Notes: generated by a model not told the origin, from the sequence alone. A stretch of DNA of 64,000 nucleotides from Obrimoposthia wandeli (GCA_977020255.1 CDROCS010000506.1:1178001-1242000), one strand, 5' to 3'; shown: positions 21,777-32,442, counted from the first letter of the stretch. Numbers and translations: made by a program.

Positions 21777-22508
21777 ATGCGTCATCCTCGCATCTTCGAA
21801 TCAGGCGAACTAATCGTAGGTTCTAGTTTTGAATTATCACCAGACGGCGCAGGCCATGTTGGTCGTGTACTACGCATGACAACTGGTGATACGCTAACTT
21901 TATTTAACGGTAAAGGTGGCCAATACCAAGCCACAATTGAACAAACCACAAAAAAATCAGTGACAGTTCAGATTGACGAATTCCAAGATATTAACAGTGA
22001 ATCACCATTAAAGATCCACCTTGGTCAAGCGATCTCGCGTGGCGAAAAAATGGATTTCACCATTCAAAAATCGGTCGAACTGGGTGTAACAACCATCACG
22101 CCACTGTTTAGTGAGCGTTGTGGTGTTAAGTTATCTGGCGAACGTTTAGAGAAAAAAGTACAGCAATGGCAAAAAATTGTCATTTCTGCGTGCGAACAAA
22201 GTGGCCGTAACTTCGTGCCGCAAGTATTAGCACCAAAACAGTTAAAAGACTGGGCAGCAGAAGAAACAACAGAACTTAAATTAAACCTGCACCCACGCGC
22301 AAAATACAGCATTAACACCTTGCCCGAGCCTACTAATGGCGTGCGTTTGTTGATTGGTCCTGAAGGCGGTTTATCTGCGGATGAAATCAGCATGACAGAG
22401 CAATTTAACTTTGAAGAAACGTTATTAGGTCCTCGAGTATTACGAACAGAAACAGCAGCATTAACGGCGATCACCGCACTACAATGCCGCTTTGGCGATT
22501 TAGGATAG
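21777..22508 (+). CDS. rsmE: 16S rRNA m3U1498 methyltransferase
   Basis: [33 protein letters not shown]. Confidence 0.97.
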   Translation: MRHPRIFESGELIVGSSFELSPDGAGHVGRVLRMTTGDTLTLFNGKGGQYQATIEQTTKKSVTVQIDEFQDINSESPLKIHLGQAISRGEKMDFTIQKSVELGVTTITPLFSERCGVKLSGERLEKKVQQWQKIVISACEQSGRNFVPQVLAPKQLKDWAAEETTELKLNLHPRAKYSINTLPEPTNGVRLLIGPEGGLSADEISMTEQFNFEETLLGPRVLRTETAALTAITALQCRFGDLG

Positions 22509-22518
22509 GATAAATAAT

Positions 22519-23472
22519 ATGACAATTAAACTTGGCATCGTGATGGATCCCATTGCAGACATCAACATTAAAAAAGACTCTAGCTTTGCAATGTTAATGG
22601 AAGCGCAAAACCGTGGTTACGAACTTTTCTACATGGAAATGCAAGACCTATTTATGCTTGAAGGCCGTGCATATGCTGCGTCTCGTTCATTGAAAGTACA
22701 ACAAGACCCAGCAAGCTGGTACGAACTAGGTGAAGAAAAAAATCACCTATTATCAGATCTTGATGTGGTATTGATGCGTAAAGATCCTCCATTCGATACT
22801 GAATTTGTTTACGCTACTTACATGCTTGAACGCGCTGAAGACGAAGGCACGTTAATCGTTAACAAACCGCAAAGTCTACGTGATGCAAATGAAAAACTGT
22901 ACACAGCATGGTTTAGCGAATTCACGCCAACAACGCTAGTAACACGTCGTAAAGACAAATTACGTGCATTCCATAACGAACACAAAGACGTGATCTTAAA
23001 GCCATTAGATGGCATGGGCGGCGCATCAATCTTCCGTCTTAACGAACAAGATAAAAACGTTAGCGTGATCATCGAAACATTAACAGAACATGAAACGCGT
23101 TACTGCATGGCACAAAAATTCATCCCAGATATTAAAGATGGCGACAAACGCATCTTAGTAATCGATGGTGAACCAGTACCGTATTGCCTAGCTCGTATCC
23201 CAGCAAGTGGTGAAACGCGCGGTAATATCGCAGCTGGCGGTCGTGGTGTTGCACGTCCACTGTCTGAAAGTGATTGGAAAATTGCTAAAGCATTAGGCCC
23301 TAAGTTAAAAGAAAAAGGCCTGATCTTTGTTGGTCTAGACGTGATTGGCGACAAGCTAACTGAAATCAACGTCACTAGCCCTACTTGTATCCGTGAAATC
23401 GAAGCAGCCTATGATGTTAGCATCACAGGCATGTTGATGGATGCGATTGAAGTACGTTTAAACAAAGCGTAA
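22519..23472 (+). CDS. gshB: Glutathione synthetase
   Basis: KKDSSFAM, MRKDPPFD, KPLDGMGG, RGNIAAGG, EINVTSPT. Confidence 0.97.
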   Translation: MTIKLGIVMDPIADINIKKDSSFAMLMEAQNRGYELFYMEMQDLFMLEGRAYAASRSLKVQQDPASWYELGEEKNHLLSDLDVVLMRKDPPFDTEFVYATYMLERAEDEGTLIVNKPQSLRDANEKLYTAWFSEFTPTTLVTRRKDKLRAFHNEHKDVILKPLDGMGGASIFRLNEQDKNVSVIIETLTEHETRYCMAQKFIPDIKDGDKRILVIDGEPVPYCLARIPASGETRGNIAAGGRGVARPLSESDWKIAKALGPKLKEKGLIFVGLDVIGDKLTEINVTSPTCIREIEAAYDVSITGMLMDAIEVRLNKA

Positions 23473-23602
23473 TAGACCTACCCACTCTTAAATAAAGAAT
23501 CAAAATAAAGAGTGAATAAATCATAGCTTATAGTGAATTTAACCGCTTAAGCTATGATTGTCTGCCATAATAAATTCACTGCTAACAACAAAAGATAGGC
23601 CT

Positions 23603-24184
23603 ATGGACTCTTTACAAGATCACTTCCTTATCGCAATGCCAAGCATGAAAGATGGTATTTTTGAACGCTCTGTTATCTATATTTGTGAGCATAACAACGA
23701 AGGTGCGATGGGTATCATCATCAACCTACCCGTCAATATTTCTATCGACGAGTTGTTATCACAAACTATTGAAGCTGATCTTGACGATGAAACAGCCGCA
23801 CCAACAGAGCCTAAACAAGCCATCGACAAGCCGGTATTTAAAGGCGGTCCCGTATCTGAAGACCGTGGTTTTGTATTGCATACTGCCTATCCAGGTTTTA
23901 GCTCGAGTTTACAAATCAATGATGAATTGATGATCACGTCATCACTTGATGTATTAGCCACACTGGGCACCAACAAACAACCTGACAATTATATCGTCGC
24001 GTTAGGTTATTCCGGTTGGACTAAAGGCCAGTTAGAGCAAGAAATAGCAGACAACAGTTGGTTAACCATTAATGCCGACGAAAATATTCTATTTAACGTG
24101 CCCGTACACCAACGTTGGGAACAGGCCGTGCAGAAAATAGGTATCGACGTCAGCCAATTATCTAGTCAGGTAGGACACTCTTAA
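23603..24184 (+). CDS. yqgE: YqgE/AlgH family protein
   Basis: LQDHFLIAMP, GGPV, GYSGW..GQLEQE, QVGHS. Confidence 0.95.
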   Translation: MDSLQDHFLIAMPSMKDGIFERSVIYICEHNNEGAMGIIINLPVNISIDELLSQTIEADLDDETAAPTEPKQAIDKPVFKGGPVSEDRGFVLHTAYPGFSSSLQINDELMITSSLDVLATLGTNKQPDNYIVALGYSGWTKGQLEQEIADNSWLTINADENILFNVPVHQRWEQAVQKIGIDVSQLSSQVGHS

Positions 24185-24217
24185 TCTAAGTAATTAAAAG
24201 TGCCTACGGAGAAGAAT

Positions 24218-24664
24218 ATGAGTAACGCAGAAAGCGGACAAAGAACCTTACTTGGTTTTGATTTCGGAACAAAAAGTATTGGTATTGCTGTTGGCCAAGA
24301 GATCACTGGCACAGCCCGCCCGCTTGTGGCTTTTAAAGCCAATGACGGTATTCCAGATTGGGATTTGATCGAGCAACAAATTAAAGAATGGCAACCCGAT
24401 CTCGTTATCGTTGGTAAACCACTGAACATGGACGGTACCGAACAAGAGATCACCAAGCGTGCAATCAAGTTCGCTAACCGCTTAACCGGTCGTTTTAATG
24501 TTAAAACAGAAATGCATGACGAACGTCTAACAACCAAAGATGCCAAAGCTCGTTTATTTGAAGAAGGCGGTTTTAAAGCCCTGCAAAAAGGCGCAATTGA
24601 CAGTGCCTCAGCCATGGTTATCTTAGAAGGCTGGATGGAATCACAATACGGCGCTGAGTTATAA
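24218..24664 (+). CDS. yqgF: Pre-16S rRNA nuclease / resolvase-like YqgF (RuvX)
   Basis: [31 protein letters not shown]. Confidence 0.95.
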   Translation: MSNAESGQRTLLGFDFGTKSIGIAVGQEITGTARPLVAFKANDGIPDWDLIEQQIKEWQPDLVIVGKPLNMDGTEQEITKRAIKFANRLTGRFNVKTEMHDERLTTKDAKARLFEEGGFKALQKGAIDSASAMVILEGWMESQYGAEL

Positions 24665-24680
24665 ATAGGATACGCACGAC

Positions 24681-25171
24681 ATGACGTTTATTAATGGATT
24701 ATTACAGCGCTTATTATTCACTTTTGGCGTCATGTTATTTATGCAACTACCGCAGTTTATTGATCATTACAGCCAGCAATTTTCTGGTTATTATCTTGCC
24801 CAGCAAACCCAGCTACAACAATTTCAATTCATTGCCGATACTAACTTTAGTGGTCAGTTAGATACATTAATTGCCGACTTTAATGCTAGCCCTGCACCTG
24901 CAGTGCAACAAGTGGGTAAGCAAGTATTCACTTTACAACAATCATTACCAGTTCTCGCTGCAGATTTAGCGATTCTAACCGACGGTAGTTATGTGCATAA
25001 ACTGGGTTATCAAGCAATTTAAAAATACTTGCAGGTATCCCGTTAAGCCAAGCGGCGATAGTGACGGGATTAATCGGCGGCGTAAGCTTAAACCTATTTT
25101 GGTTATTCAGCTTAAAACTACTCTCGATTATGTTCTCGCGTTTTCGTCTTTTAACGAACAAGCCTGCTTAA
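24681..25171 (+). pseudogene. DUF2937-like membrane protein split by a frameshift near 25001-25020
   Basis: Frame 1 (24681-25022) gives the N-terminus (QLPQFIDHYSQ); another frame open 25001-25171 gives a hydrophobic C-terminus GIPLSQAAIVTGLIGG... Confidence 0.6.
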
Positions 25172-25204
25172 CGGCACAGTGCGGTCATGAATAAAGGAAA
25201 TACC

Positions 25205-25858
25205 ATGAAAAACGTCATTATTGTTGGTGCCACTGGCGCAACAGGCAATCAATTAATGCAGCAACTAATCAATGATACGACTGTTGAAAATATTTATGTT
25301 GTGCATTATCGAACGACACCATTTAAAAATTTAGAAAAGGTCACAGAGATCACGCTCGATTTAGCTAATTTTGATAAGTTGGATGTTGAAAAAAATATAG
25401 ACTGCGCTTATTGCTGCCTAGGTACGACGCGTAAAAAAGCGGGCTCGTTAGCCGCATTCAGACAAGTAGATAAAGATTACATTGTTAACTTTGGCACTTG
25501 GGTAGCAACGAATACCAAGGCGCAACTACATGTCATCAGTGCTGTTGGTGCCAATGCTAAATCGGCAAGTAGTTACTTACAAACTAAAGGCGAAACAGAG
25601 CAGTTATTACGTCAATTACCGCTTACCGCCCTATACCTTTATCAGCCAACACTGTTACACGGTAAGCGTGACGAATTCAGATTAATGGAAGCTGTCGCTT
25701 ATTACCCACTGGCGATATTATCTCTGCTACCTTTGCCGTTATTAAAGCAGCAAAAGCCGATAGCCATCGAGCAACTTGCCAATGCTATGTATCAGCTTAG
25801 CCAGCAAGTCACAGATGGCCACCACGTCATCAGTAGCCTAGAGATCCAACAGTATTAA
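25205..25858 (+). CDS. NAD(P)-binding Rossmann protein (YraR/HTATIP2-like)
   Basis: GATGATG, CCLGTT, VDKDY, SAVGA, YLQTKGETE. Confidence 0.85.
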   Translation: MKNVIIVGATGATGNQLMQQLINDTTVENIYVVHYRTTPFKNLEKVTEITLDLANFDKLDVEKNIDCAYCCLGTTRKKAGSLAAFRQVDKDYIVNFGTWVATNTKAQLHVISAVGANAKSASSYLQTKGETEQLLRQLPLTALYLYQPTLLHGKRDEFRLMEAVAYYPLAILSLLPLPLLKQQKPIAIEQLANAMYQLSQQVTDGHHVISSLEIQQY

Positions 25859-25925
25859 CTTATTTTATAAGTGCTAACAAGGATTCCAGTACTGACTAAA
25901 TAACTACAACTATTATTGTCTGCAT

Positions 25926-26873
25926 CTATTTATTGTCAGCACGCAGCTCCGTTGCCGCTTCAAGCACTAGCTGACGGAACCAAATATGGCTGGCGTCATG
26001 ATGTAATAGCGGACTCCAGATCATCTTTAATTCAATGTTCGGGATCGGAAACGGTGGTTCCAGCAAAGTATAGCTGCTGTTATTTTTATGAACCAGTGCA
26101 GCTTGAGTCGGTAATGTCGCAATCAGTTCATCTTGCAACGCCAATTGCATCGCGACATTATAGTTACGCGTGAAAACCTTAATATCACGTTTCTTGCCTA
26201 AGCGATTCAGCGCTTCATCAACCCAACCTAATTTTTGCACATCATGCGGATTCATACCCACACCAACGCCAAAACCAGTCTTCGATACCCACACGTGTTT
26301 TGATGCTAAGTAATGATTCAAATTAAATTTATTTACGATCGGATTGTCTGCATTCATCATGCAGGTAAATGAATCATGCCATAAGGTTTTTTGATAAAAC
26401 GATTGTGGTAATTCATCAAAGCGGTTGATCGCCATATCAATCTTGCCTTCCTCTACATCATGGAAGGTCACATCAGACGGCGTCATAATATCGACAGTCA
26501 TGTTTGGCGCAACTTTACTTAACTTACTCAGCAGTCGTGGGATCAGCGTCGATTCGGCATAGTCACTGGCCATAATACGAAACACCCGATGACTACTTTG
26601 ATCAAATTCTTTTTCTTCTTGTAAGGCTTCTTCGAGTTCCAACAGTAATTTTCTGATCACCGGGGCTAATTTACGCGCCTTTTCAGTTGGGGTCATACCG
26701 CCAGAGGTGCGAACTAAAACAGGATCGTCCAGTAGAGTCCGTAATCGGCGTAAACCATTACTCATTGCTGGTTGGGTAATATTAAGCATACTCGCCGCGC
26801 GGGTAACGTTCTTCTCACGCAGTAGAACATCGAAGTAAATCAATAAATTAAGATCAATCCCTGATATATTCAT
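25926..26873 (-). CDS. LysR regulator divergent from aceA copy 1
   Basis: DLNLLIYFDVLLREKNVTRAA..L.ITQPAMS, DPVLVRT; NodD/LeuO-like substrate domain. Confidence 0.92.
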   Translation of the reverse strand: MNISGIDLNLLIYFDVLLREKNVTRAASMLNITQPAMSNGLRRLRTLLDDPVLVRTSGGMTPTEKARKLAPVIRKLLLELEEALQEEKEFDQSSHRVFRIMASDYAESTLIPRLLSKLSKVAPNMTVDIMTPSDVTFHDVEEGKIDMAINRFDELPQSFYQKTLWHDSFTCMMNADNPIVNKFNLNHYLASKHVWVSKTGFGVGVGMNPHDVQKLGWVDEALNRLGKKRDIKVFTRNYNVAMQLALQDELIATLPTQAALVHKNNSSYTLLEPPFPIPNIELKMIWSPLLHHDASHIWFRQLVLEAATELRADNK

Positions 26874-27023
26874 AAAATAAATACCTACAATAAAAATTTA
26901 ATAAAGCATTAATGAAACAGCACTAATTAAGCTATACAAAAGCTGACACATCGTCAAATACACCCATATTTAACCACTTCAACCAGAATACACCATAAAT
27001 AAGCTAAATGACCAGCCCTCTAC

Positions 27024-27038
27024 ATTCACAGTGTGAAT
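27024..27038. promoter_or_regulatory. Perfect palindrome, candidate LysR T-N11-A site
   Basis: ATTCACA-G-TGTGAAT between the divergent LysR gene and aceA. Confidence 0.55.
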
Positions 27039-27178
27039 GGTGACTATAAAAATTATAAACTAACTAAATATCAATTGAGCGTTTAATATTAACTCATCAA
27101 AACGCAAACGAATAAAAGGCTTTAGTCGCTGCGTTTCAATTTAATTAATCATCATTTGATCACTGAAAGGGATTTGCT

Positions 27179-28774
27179 ATGTCAACATACAACACTGATA
27201 TCGATTCGGTTGCTACACTGAAAGCTGAACAAGGTTCTAAATGGGCTGCAATTAACCCAGAATATACGGCGCGTATGCGTGCTCAAAACCGTTTTAAAAC
27301 AGGTATTGAAATTGCACAGTACACAGCAGACATTATGCGTGCTGATATGGAAAACTACGATAATGATTCTTCACTGTATACGCAGTCTTTAGGTTGCTGG
27401 CATGGTTTTATCGGTCAACAAAAAATGATTTCTATTAAGAAACATTTTGAAAACAATACTGACCGTCGTTATCTTTACCTTTCAGGTTGGATGGTTGCTG
27501 CATTACGCTCTGAGTTCGGTCCACTACCAGACCAATCAATGCATGAAAAAACATCTGTTTCAGATCTAATCGAAGAACTATACACTTTCCTACGTCAAGC
27601 TGATGCACGTGAACTAGGCGGTTTCTTCCGTGAACTAGACGCTGCAAGAAAAGCGGGCGATACAGCTAAAGCAGCTGCGGTACAAGACCAAATTGACAAC
27701 CATGTAACGCACGTTGTGCCAATCATTGCAGATATCGATGCTGGTTTTGGTAATGCAGAAGCAACTTACCTAATGGCTAAGAAAATGATTGAAGCGGGTG
27801 CATGTTGTATCCAAATTGAAAACCAAGTATCTGATGAAAAACAATGTGGTCACCAAGATGGTAAAGTAACGGTTCCACATGAAGATTTCCTAGCGAAAAT
27901 CAATGCTGTTCGTTATGCATTCCTAGAACTTGGTATCGACAACGGCGTTATTGTTGCCCGTACTGATTCATTAGGCGCTGGTCTAACAAAACAAATCGCA
28001 GTAACGAATGAAGCAGGTGACCTTGGTGACCAATATAATTCATTCCTTGATTGTGATGAGATCACAGAAGCAGAGCTAGGTAATGGCGATGTTATTCTGA
28101 AGCAAGACGGTAAGTTATTACGTCCTAAACGTTTACCAAGTAACTTGTTCCAATTTAAAGAAGGCACGGGTGAAGCACGTTGTATCCTTGATTGCATTAC
28201 ATCACTACAAGGCGGCGCTGATTTATTATGGATTGAAACTGAGAAACCACACGTTGGTCAAATCGGTGCAATGGTTAATGAGATCCGTAAAGTAGTACCG
28301 AATGCGAAACTTGTTTATAACAACTCGCCATCATTCAACTGGACACTTAATTTCCGTCAACAAATCTTTGATATCATGGTTGAAGCAGGTCAAGACGTTG
28401 CAGCATATGACCGTGCAGACTTGATGAATGAGAAATACGATACAACTGAATTATCAATCCAAGCTGATGAGAAGATCCGTACATTCCAAGCTGATTCAGC
28501 ACGTGAAGCAGGTATCTTCCACCACCTAATTACGTTACCAACTTACCATACAGCTGCGCTATCAACTGATAACCTAGCGAAAGAGTACTTCGGTGACCAA
28601 GGTATGCTGGGTTATGTTAAGGGTGTTCAACGTAAAGAAATCCGTCAATCGATTGCATGTGTTAAGCATCAAAACATGGCTGGTTCTGATATGGGCGATG
28701 ACCATAAAGAATACTTTGCTGGTGATGCAGCATTGAAAGCTGGCGGCGAAGATAACACGATGAACCAGTTCTAA
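27179..28774 (+). CDS. aceA: Isocitrate lyase, 531-aa type, copy 1
   Basis: YLSGWMVAA, PIIADIDAGFG, QIENQ, KQCGHQDGK catalytic loop, WIET, YNNSPSFNW. Confidence 0.96.
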   Translation: MSTYNTDIDSVATLKAEQGSKWAAINPEYTARMRAQNRFKTGIEIAQYTADIMRADMENYDNDSSLYTQSLGCWHGFIGQQKMISIKKHFENNTDRRYLYLSGWMVAALRSEFGPLPDQSMHEKTSVSDLIEELYTFLRQADARELGGFFRELDAARKAGDTAKAAAVQDQIDNHVTHVVPIIADIDAGFGNAEATYLMAKKMIEAGACCIQIENQVSDEKQCGHQDGKVTVPHEDFLAKINAVRYAFLELGIDNGVIVARTDSLGAGLTKQIAVTNEAGDLGDQYNSFLDCDEITEAELGNGDVILKQDGKLLRPKRLPSNLFQFKEGTGEARCILDCITSLQGGADLLWIETEKPHVGQIGAMVNEIRKVVPNAKLVYNNSPSFNWTLNFRQQIFDIMVEAGQDVAAYDRADLMNEKYDTTELSIQADEKIRTFQADSAREAGIFHHLITLPTYHTAALSTDNLAKEYFGDQGMLGYVKGVQRKEIRQSIACVKHQNMAGSDMGDDHKEYFAGDAALKAGGEDNTMNQF

Positions 28775-28806
28775 TAACCGTTTAGACACGCATTATTTAG
28801 AATGAT

Positions 28807-28869
28807 TTATCAGTTAAAATAGCAAGTCAGTAAATATGAAAAAACCAGCCTCGGCTGGTTTTTGCGTTT
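28807..28869 (+). terminator. 3' tract with terminator, shared with aceA copy 2 (37300-37363, reverse)
   Basis: TTATCAGTTAAAATAG(C/A)AAGTCAGT(A/T)AATATGAAAAAACCAGCCTCGGCTGGTTTTT. Confidence 0.85.
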
Positions 28870-28872
28870 CGA

Positions 28873-28920
28873 GACCCCTCATCCAGCCTCAACCCCTTCG
28901 TTAAAAAGGGGGAGCTAAGA
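28873..28920 (+). repeat. Degenerate GC-rich REP-like palindrome
   Basis: ACCCCTCATCCAGCCTCAACCCCTTCGTTAAAAAGGGGGAGCTAAGA, similar to 37381-37422. Confidence 0.65.
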
Positions 28921-29057
28921 GATGAAATAAAAACAAGATCAAAAACATCAACAGGTGCAGACTGTCAGTTGAGGTTGGCTTGATTTGCAACAGAAATCAG
29001 CTTGCCTGACGAAGAACATTTAACGCTAAATAAAATTTGTAATTGGTAGTTTGTTTA

Positions 29058-29097
29058 GTCCCCTCCCCTTGTTTTAAGGGGAGGGTTAGGGTGGGGT
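29058..29097 (-). repeat. GC-rich REP-like palindrome
   Basis: Reverse strand ACCCCACCCTAACCCTCCCCTT-AAAAC-AAGGGGAGGGGACT, starting at the stop codon of the MltA-like gene. Confidence 0.75.
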
Positions 29098-30225
29098 TTA
29101 TCTTTTATCTTTCAACAATAATATCCGCGCTTCAAAATAGTCAGGAAATGTTCTGTAGGTATTAATATAGTCATCCCAGTTTTTGAAGTAACCACCAAGG
29201 TAATCAAGCTGGTATTGGTTATTCTCAAATGCGCCGCCCGTGTCTGCTAATACGGTTAAACGACTTTCGCCATTGTGGGTCAACATAATGAGTTTACCCA
29301 AACCTAGGTGAGCGAGATCGCCTGCTACTGTGACTAATGGATAAACAGGGATCTTATAATTAGCATCTTTACCGTATCCCATAACCGACTCGGTTTTCTT
29401 GAAGTACCAATAACGCCCCTGATCCTCTTTCTTTAAATTACGTTTATAACCAATGCCGTTATTACGGTGTACGTTAAAGAACTGACTGGTAATTACTGGG
29501 CTGTTTTTATTAGTAATGTCGACTTTGACAGTGCCCTGCATTAACGAATCTTCTAAATCATAACGCGATAGCCACACCATCGGCTGGGCTAATTTATCTT
29601 TATCCAAAATGCCGGTGATGACATCTTGCTTAGTCAGTTGGTGACGGGTCAAACTCGGATCAGCATCAGCTTGCTCAAGCGAGAGAGCTTTTTCATCATT
29701 CGGAATGGCATATAACGCATAAGGGGTTTCAGGCGTTTGCTTTGCCGTTCCCTTCGCGAGTTTTATATAATATTTGGTCAGTAAAATTTTATCGTCAGGA
29801 ATATTTTTCAACAGCGGTTTATCTTTAGCAAAGCCCTGCGCTTGGTTTTTATCTGGCATCCAGCGGATCACATCAAAGTGCTTGGCAATAAAATCGGCAT
29901 CCATTAAACGGCTTTCAGTACCCGCTAATTTATCTTCTTGCTCTACTTGGCAAATAAAATTAAGGGTACGTTTTACGCGGTCTAAATCGCCACCAAATTG
30001 CGCAGTGATACCAGCGGTGATAATACCGGGATCATAATCTTCCCCCAAATTAAGGTAATCCACAGAACCTTTGGCAACTTCACACAGTTCAGCGTTAGAT
30101 GACGTCACCATTTCACCAATTTCAGGTTTGGCCTCTAATTTAAAAATAGGATTTACAGCCACGTTCGCAGCAGCGTTAAACGCCACCAGCAAAGTTAAAG
30201 GTAATAATGCACTTAGTTTCATCAT
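29098..30225 (-). CDS. MltA-like (3D-domain) lytic transglycosylase
   Basis: LTKYY, SLMQG, NGIGY, TVAGD, LADTGGAF...QLDYLGG resembles the MltA DxGGA...D catalytic region; cleavable-type signal peptide. Confidence 0.7.
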   Translation of the reverse strand: MMKLSALLPLTLLVAFNAAANVAVNPIFKLEAKPEIGEMVTSSNAELCEVAKGSVDYLNLGEDYDPGIITAGITAQFGGDLDRVKRTLNFICQVEQEDKLAGTESRLMDADFIAKHFDVIRWMPDKNQAQGFAKDKPLLKNIPDDKILLTKYYIKLAKGTAKQTPETPYALYAIPNDEKALSLEQADADPSLTRHQLTKQDVITGILDKDKLAQPMVWLSRYDLEDSLMQGTVKVDITNKNSPVITSQFFNVHRNNGIGYKRNLKKEDQGRYWYFKKTESVMGYGKDANYKIPVYPLVTVAGDLAHLGLGKLIMLTHNGESRLTVLADTGGAFENNQYQLDYLGGYFKNWDDYINTYRTFPDYFEARILLLKDKR

Positions 30226-30451
30226 TTTAACGATCTCGATATTCGAAAATAAACAGCTAATATTAATTATATCAACATTAAATATTCCCGTATTCACAAC
30301 TTACAAATGTACATTTATTACTCTGACGTAAATCAAAACGGCAAATTTAAAACACAAGTCTGTAATGTAAACCAAGCAAAATATAAACTCTAGTCACTAT
30401 TTTCGGCAATCGTCGTTAAATCTGCAGACATCTATTAATTAAGGTAACGGA

Positions 30452-31330
30452 ATGCATTTCTTAATCATTACAAATTTAGTATGGGCTTTTTCATTTAGTC
30501 TTATCGGGGTTTATTTATCCGGTCAGGTTGATGCTTGGTTCTCGGTATTATTCCGTATCGGTTTAGCTATGTTGGTCTTCATCCCATTTTTACGCCTGGG
30601 CAACCTCGCTCGCTCGACCATTATTAAAGTCATGGCTATCGGTGCTTGTCAGTTAGGTATTATGTATGGTTTCTATTATCAATCGTTCTTATTATTATCC
30701 GTGCCTGAAGTACTGCTATTTACGGTGTTCACGCCTATCTATGTAACCTTAATTGATGACTTATTACATTCACGCTTCAGCCCTTGGTATTTAGGTACAG
30801 CGCTTATCGCTGTACTCGGTGCTGTGGTAATTAAATATGCAGGTATTAACGAAGGTTTTGTTATCGGTTTCTTAGTTGTGCAAGGCGCGAATATTGCCAT
30901 GGCGATTGGCCAAGTGGCTTACAAGAAATTATCAGAAAACGAATTAAAAGACGTTAAACATCGTGACGTATTTGGTCTGTTTTATATTGGCGCATTCCTG
31001 GTTGCTGCAATCGCATTCATGTTACTAGGTAGCACTGAAAAAATGCCAACGACCACAACACAATGGGGCGTATTAACTTACCTTGGTATTATCGCTTCAG
31101 GTTTAGGTTACTTCATGTGGAATAAAGGCGCATGTTTGGTTAATGCCGGGACATTAGCGGCAATGAATAACGTACTTGTACCATTAGGTTTATTGGTTAA
31201 CTTAGTTATTTGGAATCGTGATGCGGACTTAGTGAAACTGGCATTAGGCGGTAGTATTATTATTCTGTCATTGGTATTTAATGAAACTGTGGTTAAGAAG
31301 CGCGTGTCACAAAAGGCACCAGCACTGTAA
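30452..31330 (+). CDS. EamA/DMT transporter, YigM (BioP)-like
   Basis: WAFSFSLIG.YLSGQVD.WFSVLFR, QLGIMY, LFTVFTPIYV, GLGYFMWNKG. Confidence 0.8.
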   Translation: MHFLIITNLVWAFSFSLIGVYLSGQVDAWFSVLFRIGLAMLVFIPFLRLGNLARSTIIKVMAIGACQLGIMYGFYYQSFLLLSVPEVLLFTVFTPIYVTLIDDLLHSRFSPWYLGTALIAVLGAVVIKYAGINEGFVIGFLVVQGANIAMAIGQVAYKKLSENELKDVKHRDVFGLFYIGAFLVAAIAFMLLGSTEKMPTTTTQWGVLTYLGIIASGLGYFMWNKGACLVNAGTLAAMNNVLVPLGLLVNLVIWNRDADLVKLALGGSIIILSLVFNETVVKKRVSQKAPAL

Positions 31331-31491
31331 CTATTAGTGCTAATTCAGTAAGCACTAATACAGCAGACAAGACCCGCGAATAACGCAAAACCAAGGTGAT
31401 GATCCTAGCCCATTACATCGCCTTGGTTTATTCTCTATAAATTACATTATATTCTCTGCTACAATCCTCTTTTTATACGCAAGCAGATCCT

Positions 31492-32385
31492 ATGTATTTT
31501 TTACTCCCGCTATTCACGGTTATCATCTGGTCAGGCAATTCAATTGTTAATATTTTATCGACCAATGTGATCGCACCCGAAACGATTTCTTTCTATCGCT
31601 GGTTCATTGCCTTAATGACGCTTACGCCTTTTCTAATCAAACCAGTATGGAAAAAACGCCATGCAATTAAACCTTATTTACCTAAGCTAGCATTCCTCGC
31701 CTTACTGGGCATGGCGATTAATCAATCCCTAGCCTACTTTGCTGCGGCGACAACGACAGCAACTCACATGACGTTAATTTTTGCCTTAGTCCCTTTGCTA
31801 AGCTTGATGTTTAGCGTGCCGATACTCGGGCTGACATTAACTAAAAAAGCCTTGTTTGGTGCGATGATTTCACTGACAGGTTTAGTGTATATGCTGAGCC
31901 ACGGTAAAATCAGTAACTTGTTATCAGAAGGCATTAACATTGGCGATACTTACATGCTAATTGCAGCGTGTAGTTACTCTCTGTACGGCGTATTACTTAA
32001 ACGCTGGCGCCTACCGTTCAATAACTGGATCGCGCTGTATGTGCAGATGGTATTTGCAGTAATCATCTTATTACCAGTATTGACGTACCACGGCCAAGTC
32101 AGCCTAACTACTGAGTCACTCCCCTTGGTACTATATGCCGCAATACCGACGTCAATCTTAGCCACTTGGTTATGGATGCAGAGTATTCAACATCTTGGCG
32201 CAGATAAATCGGCAATGTTCATGAATCTATTACCGGTATTTACCGCAATCATGGCGACCTTTATTCTTAATGAACAGCTATCAAGTGAACAGTTTATTGG
32301 CGGTGGATTGGTACTTACAGGTGTGGCGATGACGCAGTTTAAATCGAGAAAGGCAGTCAAAAAAGAAGTGGTTATTCCGTCTTAG
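31492..32385 (+). CDS. EamA/DMT transporter
   Basis: Ten hydrophobic segments, IWSGN, FYRW, W...IQHLGA, FMNLLPVF, LNEQL. Confidence 0.88.
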   Translation: MYFLLPLFTVIIWSGNSIVNILSTNVIAPETISFYRWFIALMTLTPFLIKPVWKKRHAIKPYLPKLAFLALLGMAINQSLAYFAAATTTATHMTLIFALVPLLSLMFSVPILGLTLTKKALFGAMISLTGLVYMLSHGKISNLLSEGINIGDTYMLIAACSYSLYGVLLKRWRLPFNNWIALYVQMVFAVIILLPVLTYHGQVSLTTESLPLVLYAAIPTSILATWLWMQSIQHLGADKSAMFMNLLPVFTAIMATFILNEQLSSEQFIGGGLVLTGVAMTQFKSRKAVKKEVVIPS

Positions 32386-32416
32386 CAGTTATTTAGTTTT
32401 ATAAATGACGAGTACG

Positions 32417-32442
32417 AGTAACGGACTAGCTTTAGTCCGTTA
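32417..32442. terminator. Hairpin between the convergent EamA gene and metC
   Basis: GTAACGGACTA-GCTT-TAGTCCGTTAC. Confidence 0.7.

Noticed and set aside
24991-25194. 67-aa ORF as the second half of the DUF2937-like gene
   Set aside because: The product is not membrane-like; the plausible continuation is in the other frame (25001-25171).
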